From NCBI RefSeq assembly GCF_009914755.1, contig NC_060925.1: a DNA stretch of 64,000 nt; one strand, given 5' to 3'. This DNA is from the human T2T-CHM13v2.0 reference genome, Homo sapiens. A program made the position numbers and the translations under genes. Shown here piece after piece: positions 37,720 through 50,533 of this stretch. Every line of letters begins with the position of its first letter. The first letter of the stretch is position 1. A model generated the notes under the pieces. That model saw only the letters and a program-made list of their open reading frames with translations. It searched no databases and was not told the DNA's origin.

Positions 37720-38415
37720 TTTGTAATAAAAACTTTTTACTTTCTTTTTAGTTGACAGATAATAATTGCGTATATTTATGGAGTACAATGTGATGTTTTG
37801 ATATATGTATGCATGAGGGAATGATTAAATCAAGCTAATTAACATATTCATCACTTCATCTACTCATCACTTTCTTGTGGTGAAAATGTTTCAGATATAC
37901 TCTTTAGTAGTTTTCAGGTGTACAGTCGCTGTGGTTTGAGTGCTTTTGTCTTCTCTAAATTTGATGTTGACACTTAGTGCCCAGTACAATGTTACTGGGA
38001 GGTGGAGCCTAATGGGGATGTTTAATGGATTAATGCCATTATAAAAAGGGCTTGCAGGAATGGGTTCCTTCTCTTTTGCTTTTCTGCCATATGATGACAA
38101 AGTGTTCCTCCTCTCTGGAGGATGCAGCAACAGGCACCATCTTTGAAGCAGAGAGACCAGGCCCTAACCTTCTGGTGCCTTGATCTTGGACTTCTCAGCT
38201 TCCAGAACTGTGAGATAATAAATTTCTGTTCATTACAAATTACCCCATCTGTGGTATTCTGTTATAGCAACACAAAATGGACTAAGACAACAGTATACTG
38301 TTATGAACTATGGTCACCATGCTGTGCACTAGATCACAAAAACTTATTTCTACTGTTTAACTGAAACTTTGTACATTTTGACTAACATCTCCCTTTTTCC
38401 CATCATCCCATCCCA
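37720..38415 (-). mobile_element. L1M 3' end interrupted by an MST LTR
   Basis: tatatttatggagtacaatgtgatgttttgatat...aaactttgtacattttgac, typical antisense L1MA/MB 3' UTR. Confidence 0.75.
37927..38289 (+). mobile_element. MaLR LTR (MST-type)
   Basis: Ends gcaacacaaaatggactaagaca; 5-bp TSD acagt/acagt. Confidence 0.8.
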
Positions 38416-38629
38416 TTCTTACTATCGTTGAAGATGGAGTATGCCAAGTAGTCCTGAGCCATGTCCTCACCTCGGGGTGAGCACCTGTTGTTCCTGTGCC
38501 TGGAATGCTCTCCTAGACATTTGCGTGGCTAGCTCCCTCTTTTCATTCAGATCTCAGCTCATTGTCATCTCAGAGAGGCCCTCCTTGCCCTCCTTCTACC
38601 TCCTGCCTTAGGTATACTCTGCCACCTTC

Positions 38630-39196
38630 TGTCATGGGCTGAATTGTGTCCCCCCTAAATCCATATGTTGACATCTTAACCCCTAGTACAGTAAGTCCTC
38701 ACTTGATGCTATCAATAGGCTCTTGGAAATGTCGGCTTTCAGTGAAAGGACATATAGCAGGTCCTTGAATAACATTGTGTTTTGTTCAACATCGTTGCCT
38801 TGTAACACTGATGAGCAAAACAGTTGGTTCTCTAATATGTTGTTTTACTTAAAGCTACAGTTTCCAAGAACCTATCAATGATGTTGAGGACTGAATGTAC
38901 CTCAGGTGTAATGTATTTGGAGATAGGGCCTTTTAAGAGGTAAAGTAAATGAGGTCATATGGGTAGGCTGTAATCCAATATGACTGGAATCCTTATAAGA
39001 AGAGGAAATGAGGACACAGACACAGAGGGAAGATGACTATCTGCAAGTCAAGGAGAGAGGCCTCAGAAGAAACCAATGCTGCTGACACCACGATCTTGGA
39101 CTTCTAGCCTCTAGCACTGTGAGGAAATAAATTTCTGTTGTTTAAGCCACCTAGTCTGTGATACTTTGCTACGGCAGGCCCTAGCAAATGAATACA
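38630..39196 (+). mobile_element. MLT1-type MaLR LTR containing a Tigger4-type MITE
   Basis: tgtcatgggctgaattgtgtcccc...ctagcaaatgaataca. Confidence 0.75.
38689..38897. mobile_element. Tigger4a/MER46-like MITE
   Basis: cagtaagtcctcactt...; inverted aataggctcttggaaa / ttccaagaacctat; TA flanks. Confidence 0.7.
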
Positions 39197-41073
39197 CTTG
39201 TCTTGTCTTTCCCCCGCCCTGTGATATTTATCAGTGCCGGATATTACATATTTGTGTATCTATATGCTTATTTCCCTGACTAAAATGGAAGCTCCATGAA
39301 GGCAGATTTCCTCTTGTTCACTGATGTGTCCCCAGCACCTGGAATAGTGCCTAGTGCATGCCAGTGCTCAGACACTTGGACATTTGAATGACATATCCCC
39401 TCTGTCACTTCTCTCCGGGGCCCAAGGCCACCCTCCTAGGTTACCACAGTGGCTTCCTAATGGGCCATACCCTCACTTGCTTTCCATCACCCCCTGAGAC
39501 CTGGCCCCTGCATACCTCTCCAGCTTCACCCCTCACATATCTCCCTAGCTAGACCTATAGTATGTTTTAAAAAAAAAGGAAATCGCACTCCTCTGGCCTC
39601 TTTACCTTGGCACACATTTTTCCATCACCTGACCCCTGACCCACACTCCCTTTTCCTGTGTAATCCAATTATCTCTAGGCCTCCCGTGTTTCTGTTTGTC
39701 CTTCAATAGAAGGTTGTTTGTCTTGTCTTTTATTGTATTTCTAGAACCAAGTGCAGAGACTGTACAAAGTGGACCTCAGCAAAGATTTACCGAATGAATA
39801 AATGAGTTCAGAACGCTGACTTAACTCTTCTGTTGGCACCCAGGTGGCTTCTATGCACTCTCCTTCCACTCACCACCAGGGGGAAGCATGGAGTAAAGGA
39901 AAACACCAAGGCTTTCGCTGGGTTCAAATTCTGACAGCGTATTTATTTCCTTGCAACGCTTGGACGGGTGTTTCTGAGCCTGTTTTTCCTCTCATGTAAA
40001 AATGGGCATAATGATACGTACTAATTAGGGTTGTTGTGAGAATCAATTAAGGAAACGTATAAGTGCCTTCAAGTATTCTTATTTTCCCTTTTCTCTTTCA
40101 TCTCACTTCCCACGAGATTCTTAACTGTGGTAGGTTTCGCAAGCCAAGGGAGCCTTTGGGGATGCTCCTCTGCAGGCAGCGCCCCGCCTCCGCCTGCCCT
40201 TCCCGGGGCACTGTGCCTGTGTGTGCAGGAGATTTGTACAGAACCCTGGCTCCCTCACTCACCAGTTGTGTGACTGTGGGCATGTCACTTAATTTCTCTG
40301 AGCTTCCATTTTCCCAACTATAAAGCGGGGAAGTTAATGTTTATCTACCTGATGATTTGTCCTGAGGATGGAAAATAGGGTGTGAAAAGCTCTTCATAAA
40401 TTCCTAACCTGTCCCTGCCTTGACTCCTTTCTCTAAGGGGCCTCAGAGTGCTGTTGAGGTTTAAAAAATTCCCACAGGAGGCTCTCACCCGTGTATGGCA
40501 AAGTGAAAGGCTTCCCAGGACGGAGGAGAGCCAGGCTTGCCAGGGAAGGCCGACTTCATCTGCGGCTCCCCTGATAGCTCTTCCCGAGGGCCTCGTGGCT
40601 TATCTTACAGAGCTCTTGGCTCTGGCAGGCCCTGGGATGAAGGACTGTCATTAGACAAGACCCTTCACTGCCATGTGCCTATTCCCCTGTAACAGTTAGT
40701 TCCACGTGGATCGTTAAAAACTGCAGCAAGGGGACAGAAACCCTGAAGGGCCCAACTGAAGAGGGAGGAGGAGAGAGTTCCCGTCCCACCCTCCCCTAGT
40801 CCTCGAAGCACCGGGACCTGGAGTGCTGACCTGTTTATTTTCATTGTAGGAAACTCAGGTCTTTGTCAGTGGCACCTGGCACCCCTTTTCCTCAGCTGGA
40901 ATCCTCTAGGGCACCGCCATCTACCTGCAGAGGAGGCTGGGCGGGCTGTGGGGGGAGGGGTGGGCTAAGGGCACCTACCCTGTCTACAACATGCCAGGAA
41001 GGGATCATTCTTCGGCTTTGGGCTAGAGCGTGTCCTGGGGCTGCTAGGCAGCGATGAGTCTCTTCTGCTGGGT

Positions 41074-41085
41074 GGGGAATTCCCC
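41074..41085. promoter_or_regulatory. Palindromic NF-kB site GGGGAATTCCCC
   Basis: Perfect 12-bp palindrome matching GGGRNNYYCC. Confidence 0.5.
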
Positions 41086-41115
41086 GGGGAGATGGCTGTG
41101 TGCTCTCTTCAGACC

Positions 41116-41132
41116 CTGCCCTCTAGTGGCCA
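41116..41132 (-). promoter_or_regulatory. CTCF motif
   Basis: Reverse complement TGGCCACTAGAGGGCAG, near-consensus core. Confidence 0.7.
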
Positions 41133-42902
41133 AGGGGACTTTGCAGCCCGGCCCTTCCCAGTCCACCCTGCCAGCCTCTAGAAACCTGACCCCTGTCTAA
41201 GGCTGGCTGGGGAGAACTGAAAAACACTTTCCCCAGTAAAAAGCTGGTCTTCTCAGGATTCCGCTCTCCGTTTGGCCTTTAAATAAAATGTACCTTTTCC
41301 TGAAGAAATTGGGAGGGGGGCAGTGGCCCACAGTCACCATGTCTGAGAACTCAAGAGACCACTGATCTTGGAGTCATGTGCTCTGAGTTCAAGTCCTGCC
41401 CTGTACCTACTACCTGTGTGACTTTGGGCAAGTCCATTAATTTCCTGTTGATAAGCCTGTATATCTTTATTTGTGCAATGGGACTCTAATATAGCATCTC
41501 CCTCATGGAATTATCCTAGGAATGACATAGATTAGGTATGGAAAGCACTTCCTAATATGAAAAGTGTTATACAAATATAAGCCATTGCTCCTGCTATGCC
41601 AGAGGAGCCTCTTTGTGGCTCCTCCGGAGCATTCCTCAGGGCTGTGGGCAGTGGGTGCCTGCGGACCTAGATGGCTTGCCCCTGGGTGGTAAGATCTTGG
41701 TGGCTGAAGACTAGGCTGTTTCAGGGGTGTTTAAGCCACATGAAGGATGCTGAAAGAAGCACCTACCTTGGAGATAAGAGCCAGGGATTTGGATTCCAGT
41801 TTTACCACTTTCCTGGGCCCTGTGACCTTGGGCAACTCCTTTAGCATGGCAGAGTTTCTGTTTATCCACATGGAAGGATGGTGATACTATCTGCTGGGGT
41901 TAGGGGAGGGGGATGTAAGCAAAATAACCATGTGAAAGGGTATGGAAGGTGCTACCTCCTCAGATACAAGTTTTGAACCTGCATCTTCTTGTATTTGGGG
42001 CTTAAGGAAACTAGGGTCCAGCAGCTTACTGTAAGCCAAGAAGTTTGAGTTGCTCTGTGTTGTACAGAGATTTTTAGAGAAGGCAAGTATGTGTGCTTTG
42101 AAATCAAAGGAATAGCTAAGTCAAGCAGTAAAGGGAGTGTGCCGGGAGGCTGGGGCCAGTGTTGGTAGAGCTGTTTATATTGGTAGGAAAGCAGGGCATT
42201 TTTCTCTGAGGCAAGCCTTTCACAAAGGAAAATCTGGATTTGAGAGAGATTAAAAGTCTCAAAGGTAGGGGAAAGATGTAAGGAAATGGCCTGCACTGAA
42301 TCACTGCAAAGGACAGTATTCATCAGAGAATTAATTTGGAAGGAAATAGAGTGTGAAATAACAGCAAGGCTTTCAACTCTGGGTACCATGGCCTTAAAAA
42401 CCCAAGCAGTGCTTCAGAGGCTTGCCAGGACCCAGCCTGGGAGCTACCTCCGGAAAAGCAGCTGGGGGATGCCCAGAGACCACAAATTGCTGAGCTTGGG
42501 AGGAACTGATTGAGTGTGTAATTAAGGGGAGGGTTGTATAACACTTGGGTAAGTAGAACTTGATGGGGTCAAACCAGCAGGGCTTTTGGGAGATGAGAGA
42601 GCAGTCCCTGGAGCTGTTAGTAACTGAAGCCAGCTGCATAAAGGTAGGCACAGCTTACCTGGGCCTTGCACAGAGAAGAATGGAAGAGATCAGGAAGGGG
42701 AAAGGTTGAAGGAATGGTTGTTCTCTAGGTCAAAAATTCCAAAATGCTGAATACCTCAGGGGTTCAGTTCTAGGAGTAAGGTAACATTATGGAACAATGG
42801 GGAAATATCCCTGGAAACTGAAGATCAGAGAGCCTGTGGCTTGGCCAAGGTCATATAGCACCATGGAGATTTAATGGATTCTGAACTGCGATTGTACATC
42901 TT

Positions 42903-43204
42903 GGCCAGGTGGCTCACACCTGTAATCCTAGCACTCTGAGAGGCTGAGGTCAGAGGATCGCTTGAGCCCAGGGGTTCGAGGCTAGCCTGAGCAACATGGC
43001 AAAACCTCATCTCTACAAAAAATTTAAAATTCAGCTTTACGTGGTGGCAAGTGCCTGTAGTCTCAGCTACTCATGAGGCTGAGGTGGGAGGATCACTTGG
43101 GCGTGGGAAGTCAAGGCTGTGGTGGCCCGTGTTCGTGCCACTGCACTCTAGCCTGGGTGACAGAGCAAGACTCTGTCTCAAAAAAACAAAAACAAAAGCA
43201 AAAA
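42903..43204 (+). mobile_element. Alu (AluJ-like)
   Basis: Diverged Alu with gaggatcgcttgagcccagg J-type left arm. Confidence 0.88.
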
Positions 43205-46200
43205 CCAGTGTATTTTTCTGTGCCACACTGATGGTGAAGACTGGAAGGTAATGGTTTGGAGTATAAAGGGAATGTCCTTTGATCATGTATGGGGATCAGG
43301 AAAGGAAATTGTTCGCAGTATATTTGTGGACAAGATGGGTATGTATGGGCTGGATACTGAAGCAACTAGGCATGTTCACCACTGGTTAAATTACTGGAGC
43401 CCCAATCCCTGGTATACAAGGCCTCATGGAATAGGCCCCCTGCCCACCTCTCCAGCCTCATCCTCCACCACACTCCCTTTTGCTCTCCCGCTAGATCTCA
43501 AGGAGTTGGCTGCCTCTTGTCATTTTAGATCTCAGCTTAAATATCACCCTCTCTCACATGGGAATATATGTATATACATATATATTTAATTGAGTGTTTA
43601 TTTCTACAGAGACACAGTAGAAGCCCAGTGGTTAAACACACAGGCTCTACAGATAGACTACCCAGGTTGATGCTCCATCCTTTAGGATCCATATGACCTT
43701 GAGCAAGTGACAACTTCTCTGCATTTTAATCTATAAAATGGGAACAAGAAGAGTATTTACCTCATAAGGCTTTGTGAGGAATAAACACATAAAGCATTTA
43801 GAACAATGGCTGGCACATAGGCAAGCTAAACAATATTAGCGATTATTTGTTTTTAAGTGTTTATTATCCCTTGTAACCTTCTCTGCAAAAAGCAGGAACC
43901 TTGTCTGGTTGGTTCACTGCTGTATGCAGTGAACATGCTGGATGCTATCTGTAGATCATAACCTGGCATGTAGTAGGGACTCAATTTGTACTTACTGAAT
44001 GAATTTGCTGAATTAATAAAGAAACTAATTCAGTGGTCAGCTGTTCTTCAGGGAAGTGTTCCATGTTGTATGATAGGCCTTTGCCCTGTTGGACACGTTT
44101 TTTTCAAAGATTTGCATAAAATACAACTGAGTAAAGATACAGGGTGCAGACTGGCCACATTTACTGAAGACATACAACTGGGGAAAATCACTTACTGGAT
44201 GACTAATTGAATGAATGAATAAATGATAGATGTCTTAGATATGTTTGTGCTGATATCAGTTTTAGATCCTAGGCCAAATATTTTAAGATGGAACTTAATG
44301 GAGACAAATGCAGAGTTCTGATCTTGGGGCCTCAAAATCAGTTGCCCACAACTGAAGAGGGGTTTTAGTGAGGGATTTGTTCAGTGTGAATCCATAGTAT
44401 GATGTGTTCCTCAAAATCCTAAATGTGCAATGGCTATCCTGGTACTGGAATGAAGGAAGTGATGTTCCATCCTGCACAGTTCAGAGCACAGCCAGGGAAC
44501 TGTTCTCAGATCTGAGAGCCAGACTTGGTAGCAGAGCTAGACAAGCTTGTCAATTGGAGAAAGACCATCAAGAGGAAGGGATCAAAGAGACAGAGGGCAT
44601 ATCAAATATTTGATTTATGTGGGCACTGAGGACCACACGCAGAACAGTATTGTGTAAGTTGCAGGGATGTATAGACTTGAGATCAACATAAGGAAAACCT
44701 TTGAAATAATCAGAGCTGACCATGGATGAATTGGGCTACCTTAGAGGGTTCTTTTATAAGCTTACACTGGCATTAGGCAAAGTATTGTAGAGGGTCACAC
44801 ACGGGCCAGTCCCTGCCTACCATGAGAATCTGAAGTTCTAGGATTCCACAGCATCCTTCATTCTCTGTGAACAGTTTGAGTCAGAGTCAGGCCTCATTTT
44901 GCTTTTCATGTGGTCAGGGATGGAGTTTGGTCCTCTAATTAGATGATTCTGAACTTTAAAAGCAGGAGGAGAGAAGTGCTTGAGAATCTGGTGACCCCAG
45001 TGTAACCTTATTAAAGTGTTGCTGTTATCCCCACCTTGGGCTGGCTGGGCCTGGGGACTCCAGTAGCTCTTGAAAATGCCTTCCTGCTGTGGCCACCACC
45101 ATCCCATCATGGAATTTCCACTGTGGTGCTTCTTTCTCTATGGCTTTTCTGTGCTACCTTTCAGTGCCCAGGAGGGCAGCAAGAGGGGTCCCTGGGTGTC
45201 CCTTCTGAAAGAAGAATCATGATTTTCTGCTTCAGCTAGAACCCTCTTACTGCCCAGCTGGTGTATCTTGTGAGCTTTCTAATTTACCAGAGCAGCCATT
45301 TCATATCTTTTTGCATTACAGCCTAAGGCATCTCTCAAAAATGCTCTGATAACTCATACTAGGCATACACACATGTTGTCCGATAACAGTTTCACAAAAA
45401 GCCTATGACATCCAAATGTGAAGCAGCCAGCTCAAAGAGATCAAAGTCAAATATCCAGGGAGAGGCAGAGGCAGGACTCAAACTTTCACCTTTGACCTGA
45501 GGATCAGCATGTTTTCCTTCCATATCTGCACATCTGGCTTCCGGGATGTGTCCCTTTGTCTCTTTGCTTTATCTGCTTCATCACACATGGCACCTTTCTC
45601 CTTTCACTTCTGGTATCTTTCTTTCCCCAAAGCTTACCGCTACCTGTGCTTCAGTTCCTGTCCCGCTTCTTGTGATCTTCCTGCCAAAGATGGCAGGACT
45701 TCTTTTGTGTCCTCAATCCTTCCCACTCAATTGGTTCCTTCCTTTCTGTCTTAAATTAGTAGTACTTCTGTTGTCTTAAACTTTGCTTATTTATATTTTT
45801 CTTCTATCTAACCATCCTATTTCTCTTGCCTGGTACTGCCAAACGTACTGAGCATGTATAACTCAGTATCTCTTTGCCTCTTTCACATTTACACCCTTTC
45901 CCCCACATGCTTAGGTTTCTCTGTCTTCTGCTTTACCACAGCTACACTCTGGGAGACCAACACATTAATCAATTTCAAGTACCATCGTTAGTTTCCTCAC
46001 CTTTTTTGATTGATCAGAAGTATTTGGCCCTGTGGACCACCTCCTATTTCTTGAAAGCCACTCCCCCAACCCCTCAGGACTTATGCAACTCTATATTTTC
46101 ATAGCTGCCTTAGTCACTGATTCATTTTTATCTGGACAACCATTTCCTCATCAGTTAGATGGGAGAGGTGGGCTAGATCATTTCTGTTTTCTTCCTATTC

Positions 46201-47477
46201 TGTGAATTTCAGTTTCTTTTGCTGGAACTTCTTCCTGCCTGCGGACTGTGCCAATCCCTCATGACTGAGTTCTTGGCCCTCCACTTGGCTCTCTATTCTC
46301 TCACTCCCATAGAGAAATAATCTATATTCATCTCCATGTGGAGGAATTCACATCTCCATATCTAGTCCAAACTGCTCATTCATCCCTGTCTCTTATTTCC
46401 AACTGTCCACACATAGACACCACTTCATCATTTCATACTCAACACTCCCTCAACCCCAACAAGGACTTCTCCCCAACTTCCCTAATTTTTACTCATGATA
46501 ATACTAGAAGCTTGGGCAAGATTGGGACAGGAAGAGGAAGCTAAGGGCTCTTAAGCTGTATTCTGAGAAAAAAAGTAATGAAGAAGTAAAAGATAGGCTC
46601 AGCGTCTGGGGGAGAAGATTTAATAGAGGAGAGAGAGAAAATGAAAGCAGTTAAATCCAAATCCCTCTCTTTCCTAGTAAGTCTTTCCTAACAACAGAAT
46701 CTACCTTTAAGCCACAAATGGCCCAAGATTGCTGGGAGGGATTGAAATCTTAGAGCAGTGAGGACAGCACCTGGTTGATGTCAATGAGTTCGGATCTTCC
46801 TATTTGGTAGGTAATACCCTGGAGTAGATAAAAAGTTAAGTTATAGATGTCACTTCAGACAGTAATCTATGAGAAATGAAGATACTCTCAGATTTCTAGT
46901 CTCAAAGAACCAAAATACAAAGGCAAATGTGGCCCTAGTTTTTAAAACCCATAAAATGATAGACTCCAGAATTTAAGGACTGGAGAGCTCCTTGGTCTAG
47001 AGTGGACTTTTAAACAAAGGAAAAGTCTGTGGAGCACTTAGGAAAGAAAGCAGCAATCATTATTAGTACTTGGCTGAACTATTTCCTTTCTCCTTTGGGT
47101 TAACAGACCAGTAGATAGAAGATTCTCAGGAAATTTGATAAAATATTTTAGGTTGCACTTCCCTGTCTTCAATGTGGGCAGCTTCCTTTTCTTTCATGCC
47201 ATGACTGTGCTTATAATTGCTTATTCAGTGTTTGACTTCTTCAATAGACTCTGGGTTTGATGAGCTCAGGGTGGGACCACTCCTGACCAGTTCACTGCTG
47301 CATCCACAGTTCCTAGCCTTGTAGAGACTGATGAATCAATCAAAGAGCCAATTACTCAATAGGTAGATGGAGAATGTGAGCTGGATGATAAGAGGTAGAA
47401 TTATAAGTGATTACACAAGTATATTTAAAACATTTAAAAATTTCTGAATTGATGTCACTCTAAAGATTAGCTCTAAC

Positions 47478-48210
47478 TATAAAATCTTAGAAGACAACAC
47501 AGGGGAAAAGCTTTATGACATTATATTTCACAGTGATTTCTTGGATATGATACCAAAAGCCCAGGCAAGGAAAGAAAATATAGATAAGTTGGATTTTATC
47601 AAAATTAAAAAAAAAAACTTTTAGGCATCAAAGGACACAATCAACAGAGTGAAAAGGCACCCCATGGAATGGGAGAAAATATTTGAAAATCATTTATCTG
47701 ATGAGGAATTAATATCCAGAAGATTTAAAGAACTCCTACAACACAACCACCACCAAAAATCCTCATCAAAAAACGGGCCAAGGACTTGAATACACATTTC
47801 TCCATGGAGGATACACAAATGGCCAGTAAGCACATGAAAAGATGCTCAACGTCACTCATCAGAGAAATGCAAACCAAAACCACAATGAGAAAACAAACAA
47901 AAATAATAAATGTTGATAAGAATCTAGAGAAATTGGAACCCTTGTACATTCTTAGTGGGAATGCAAAATGGTGCAGCACTTGTGGACAACAGTATGGCAA
48001 TTCCTCAGAAACTTCAGAGGGAGAAATGGGGTTATTGTTTAATGGGTACAAAGTTAGAATTTTACATGATGAAAAAGTTGTGGAGATGGATGGCGATTAT
48101 GATTGCACAACAATGTGAATGTACTTAAAGCCATAACACATTAATGTATACTTAAAAATGGTTAAAATGGTCAATTTTTTGCTGTATTTTTTTACCACAA
48201 TTTTTTTAAA
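47478..48210 (+). mobile_element. L1M ORF2-end/3' UTR fragments
   Basis: ataaaatcttagaagacaacacaggg...gaatgggagaaaatatttg...aagcacatgaaaagatgctcaac. Confidence 0.8.
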
Positions 48211-49831
48211 TGGGTGAAAAAAGCACCTCAGTTATGAGCTCCAGGTTTTTATCCTGGGTTCTTGTATCACTTTGATGAAAATATTACCAGCTTTGCTTTT
48301 GATAGAAAAGTTAGAACCAATATAAAGATTGTTAGAATAAGTTTCTAAGGACTTTCAGACTGTGGAACAACAGATCAGAATGAATATTGAAATTAAATAG
48401 GAATAACTAGAATTCTGAATATAGGATAAAAATAAGCAAAATAATACACAGGATTAGGAGTGATGACTTTTTTTACATGAAAAAGATCTTGGGGTTTTCA
48501 TTTCCTAAAATTCCAATATAACTCCATAGCAGTTAAAAAAAAAAAAAAAGAAACTTTTGCCTATTAGTGAAATTGTGCTCAGATAAAAGAAAGTAATAGT
48601 CTCACTGTGCTCTCTGCTGATCAGATAGTACTGGGGCACCAAACACTTTATTTCTTCTTTCAAGGTATGTGTAAACTGTGATAAAACAAGATAAAACTAT
48701 GAGGGCAGTTAGGGAACTCAAAACCTGATCTCATTGGTCTTAATTGATGGACCAGGGCATTTAGCTTGGGAAAAAGAAAATTAGGAGGGAAGTAATAACT
48801 GTTTTCAACTATCTGAAGGGCTGGGATGAGAAAGAAGGACTGCTCTTATTCTGTATGTACTCCTACAGTCAGAATTGGGATGAATGGGCAAAAAACTAAA
48901 AGAAGCCTGATTCATTAGGCGGCAGAATTTTCTAAATATTAGAGCTAATGATGTTCAATAGAATGGGCTCCCATTATCGGACGGCTCAAGTGGAGGTGCT
49001 GGCCACCTGTCAGGGATACTTAGGGCAGTAGGATGGCCCCTTCCAACACCACGATTCTACCTTTCTTTCAGCTTCTCAGTCTCAAAATCACCACATCGTG
49101 TTTGATTCCTACCTCTTCTCCAGTGATTGTCCCCATTATCCAATGAAGTCTTGGGGGTTCTTCCTTCACAGCTGTCTTTGCTTCACCCTTTACTCTCCAC
49201 TGAATCGCCAGGAGCCTCACCTCCTCAACCCCAGAATAGGTGCGTGCTTCCAGTCAGCTCTTCCAGCCTGTCCTTGCTTCAATCCATCCTGCTTGCCCCT
49301 GCCAGACTCACTTGATAAAACACTTAGCATGTAAGTCCTCTGATTAAGACCAAAGAGTGGGTCCCAATTGTTTCCCATATCAAGATGAAATTCCTTTTCT
49401 TGGCTTTTGGGGCTATTCATTCTTCCCTCCCTTTTCAATTTCACATTCTATTGTGCACATGATCAATTTTGTTTAAGCTGTTCCCTTCGCTGTCATTTGG
49501 CCTGCTTTTCTTTATCCGTCCATTCCCACTGCCATTTCCTCATTCGTGTTGTTCTCTGTGTGTCCTCCACCCCCAGCCTCATTATAGGGTCCACCTCATG
49601 TACCACAACCAGCATGAAATCTTTCCTGGCCACCCAAGCTCATATGGATCCTTCTTCCCTCTCATTTATTTAACAGCTATTTACTGATCTTTGATAGAGT
49701 GCAGACACTATGCCAGATGCTGGTGAACAAGTGATGAGCAAGAAAAATTTGGCTCCTGACTTCACACAGTGGGCAAGATAAAATACATAATTGCTATGAA
49801 GGATACAAACAGAGTCGTGATACAAAATGAT

Positions 49832-49832
<1 letters not shown>

Positions 49833-49872
<40 letters not shown>
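49833..49872 (+). repeat. (GT)20 microsatellite within an L2 remnant
   Basis: Perfect dinucleotide run counted directly. Confidence 0.95.
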
Positions 49873-49873
<1 letters not shown>

Positions 49874-50188
49874 GGGCATAGGTAGGTATTTGACAGGGTA
49901 CTCAGAGAAGACCTCTCTGAGGAGATGACAAATAAGCTGAGACCTGAGGGGCATGGAGAAGCCAGCCATTGGGAAAGCCTGGAGTCAAGTATGCCAGGCC
50001 AAAGAACTGGTGTGGGTAAGGTCCTGTGGCAAGAAGGCCTTGGCACGCTGGAGATACTGAAATTAGCATGGTTCGGCTGGAGCACAGTGGGTGGGGGAAG
50101 GGCATGAAGCAAAACTGGAGAGGCGCTGGGGCCTGGCAGTCCTGCCAAAAATCTTGGGTTTCATACTAATTACATTAGGAAGCCATGA

Positions 50189-50533
<345 letters not shown>

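Larger units (their letters stand above)
39890..41950 (+). mobile_element. Several MIR fragments (about 39890-40070, 40240-40400, 41370-41580, 41770-41950)
   Basis: Repeated MIR core motifs gttcaa(a/g)t..tgtgac(c/t)ttgggcaa..taaaatggg. Confidence 0.55.

Noticed and set aside
39873-39886. CTCF-like CCACCAGGGGGAAG (also partial TGGCCACTAG near 7805 and 53500)
   Set aside because: Lack the conserved GGC end of the core; too weak to call without ChIP data
47725-48118. 108-110 aa ORFs
   Set aside because: Decayed L1 ORF2 C-terminal remnant with deletions
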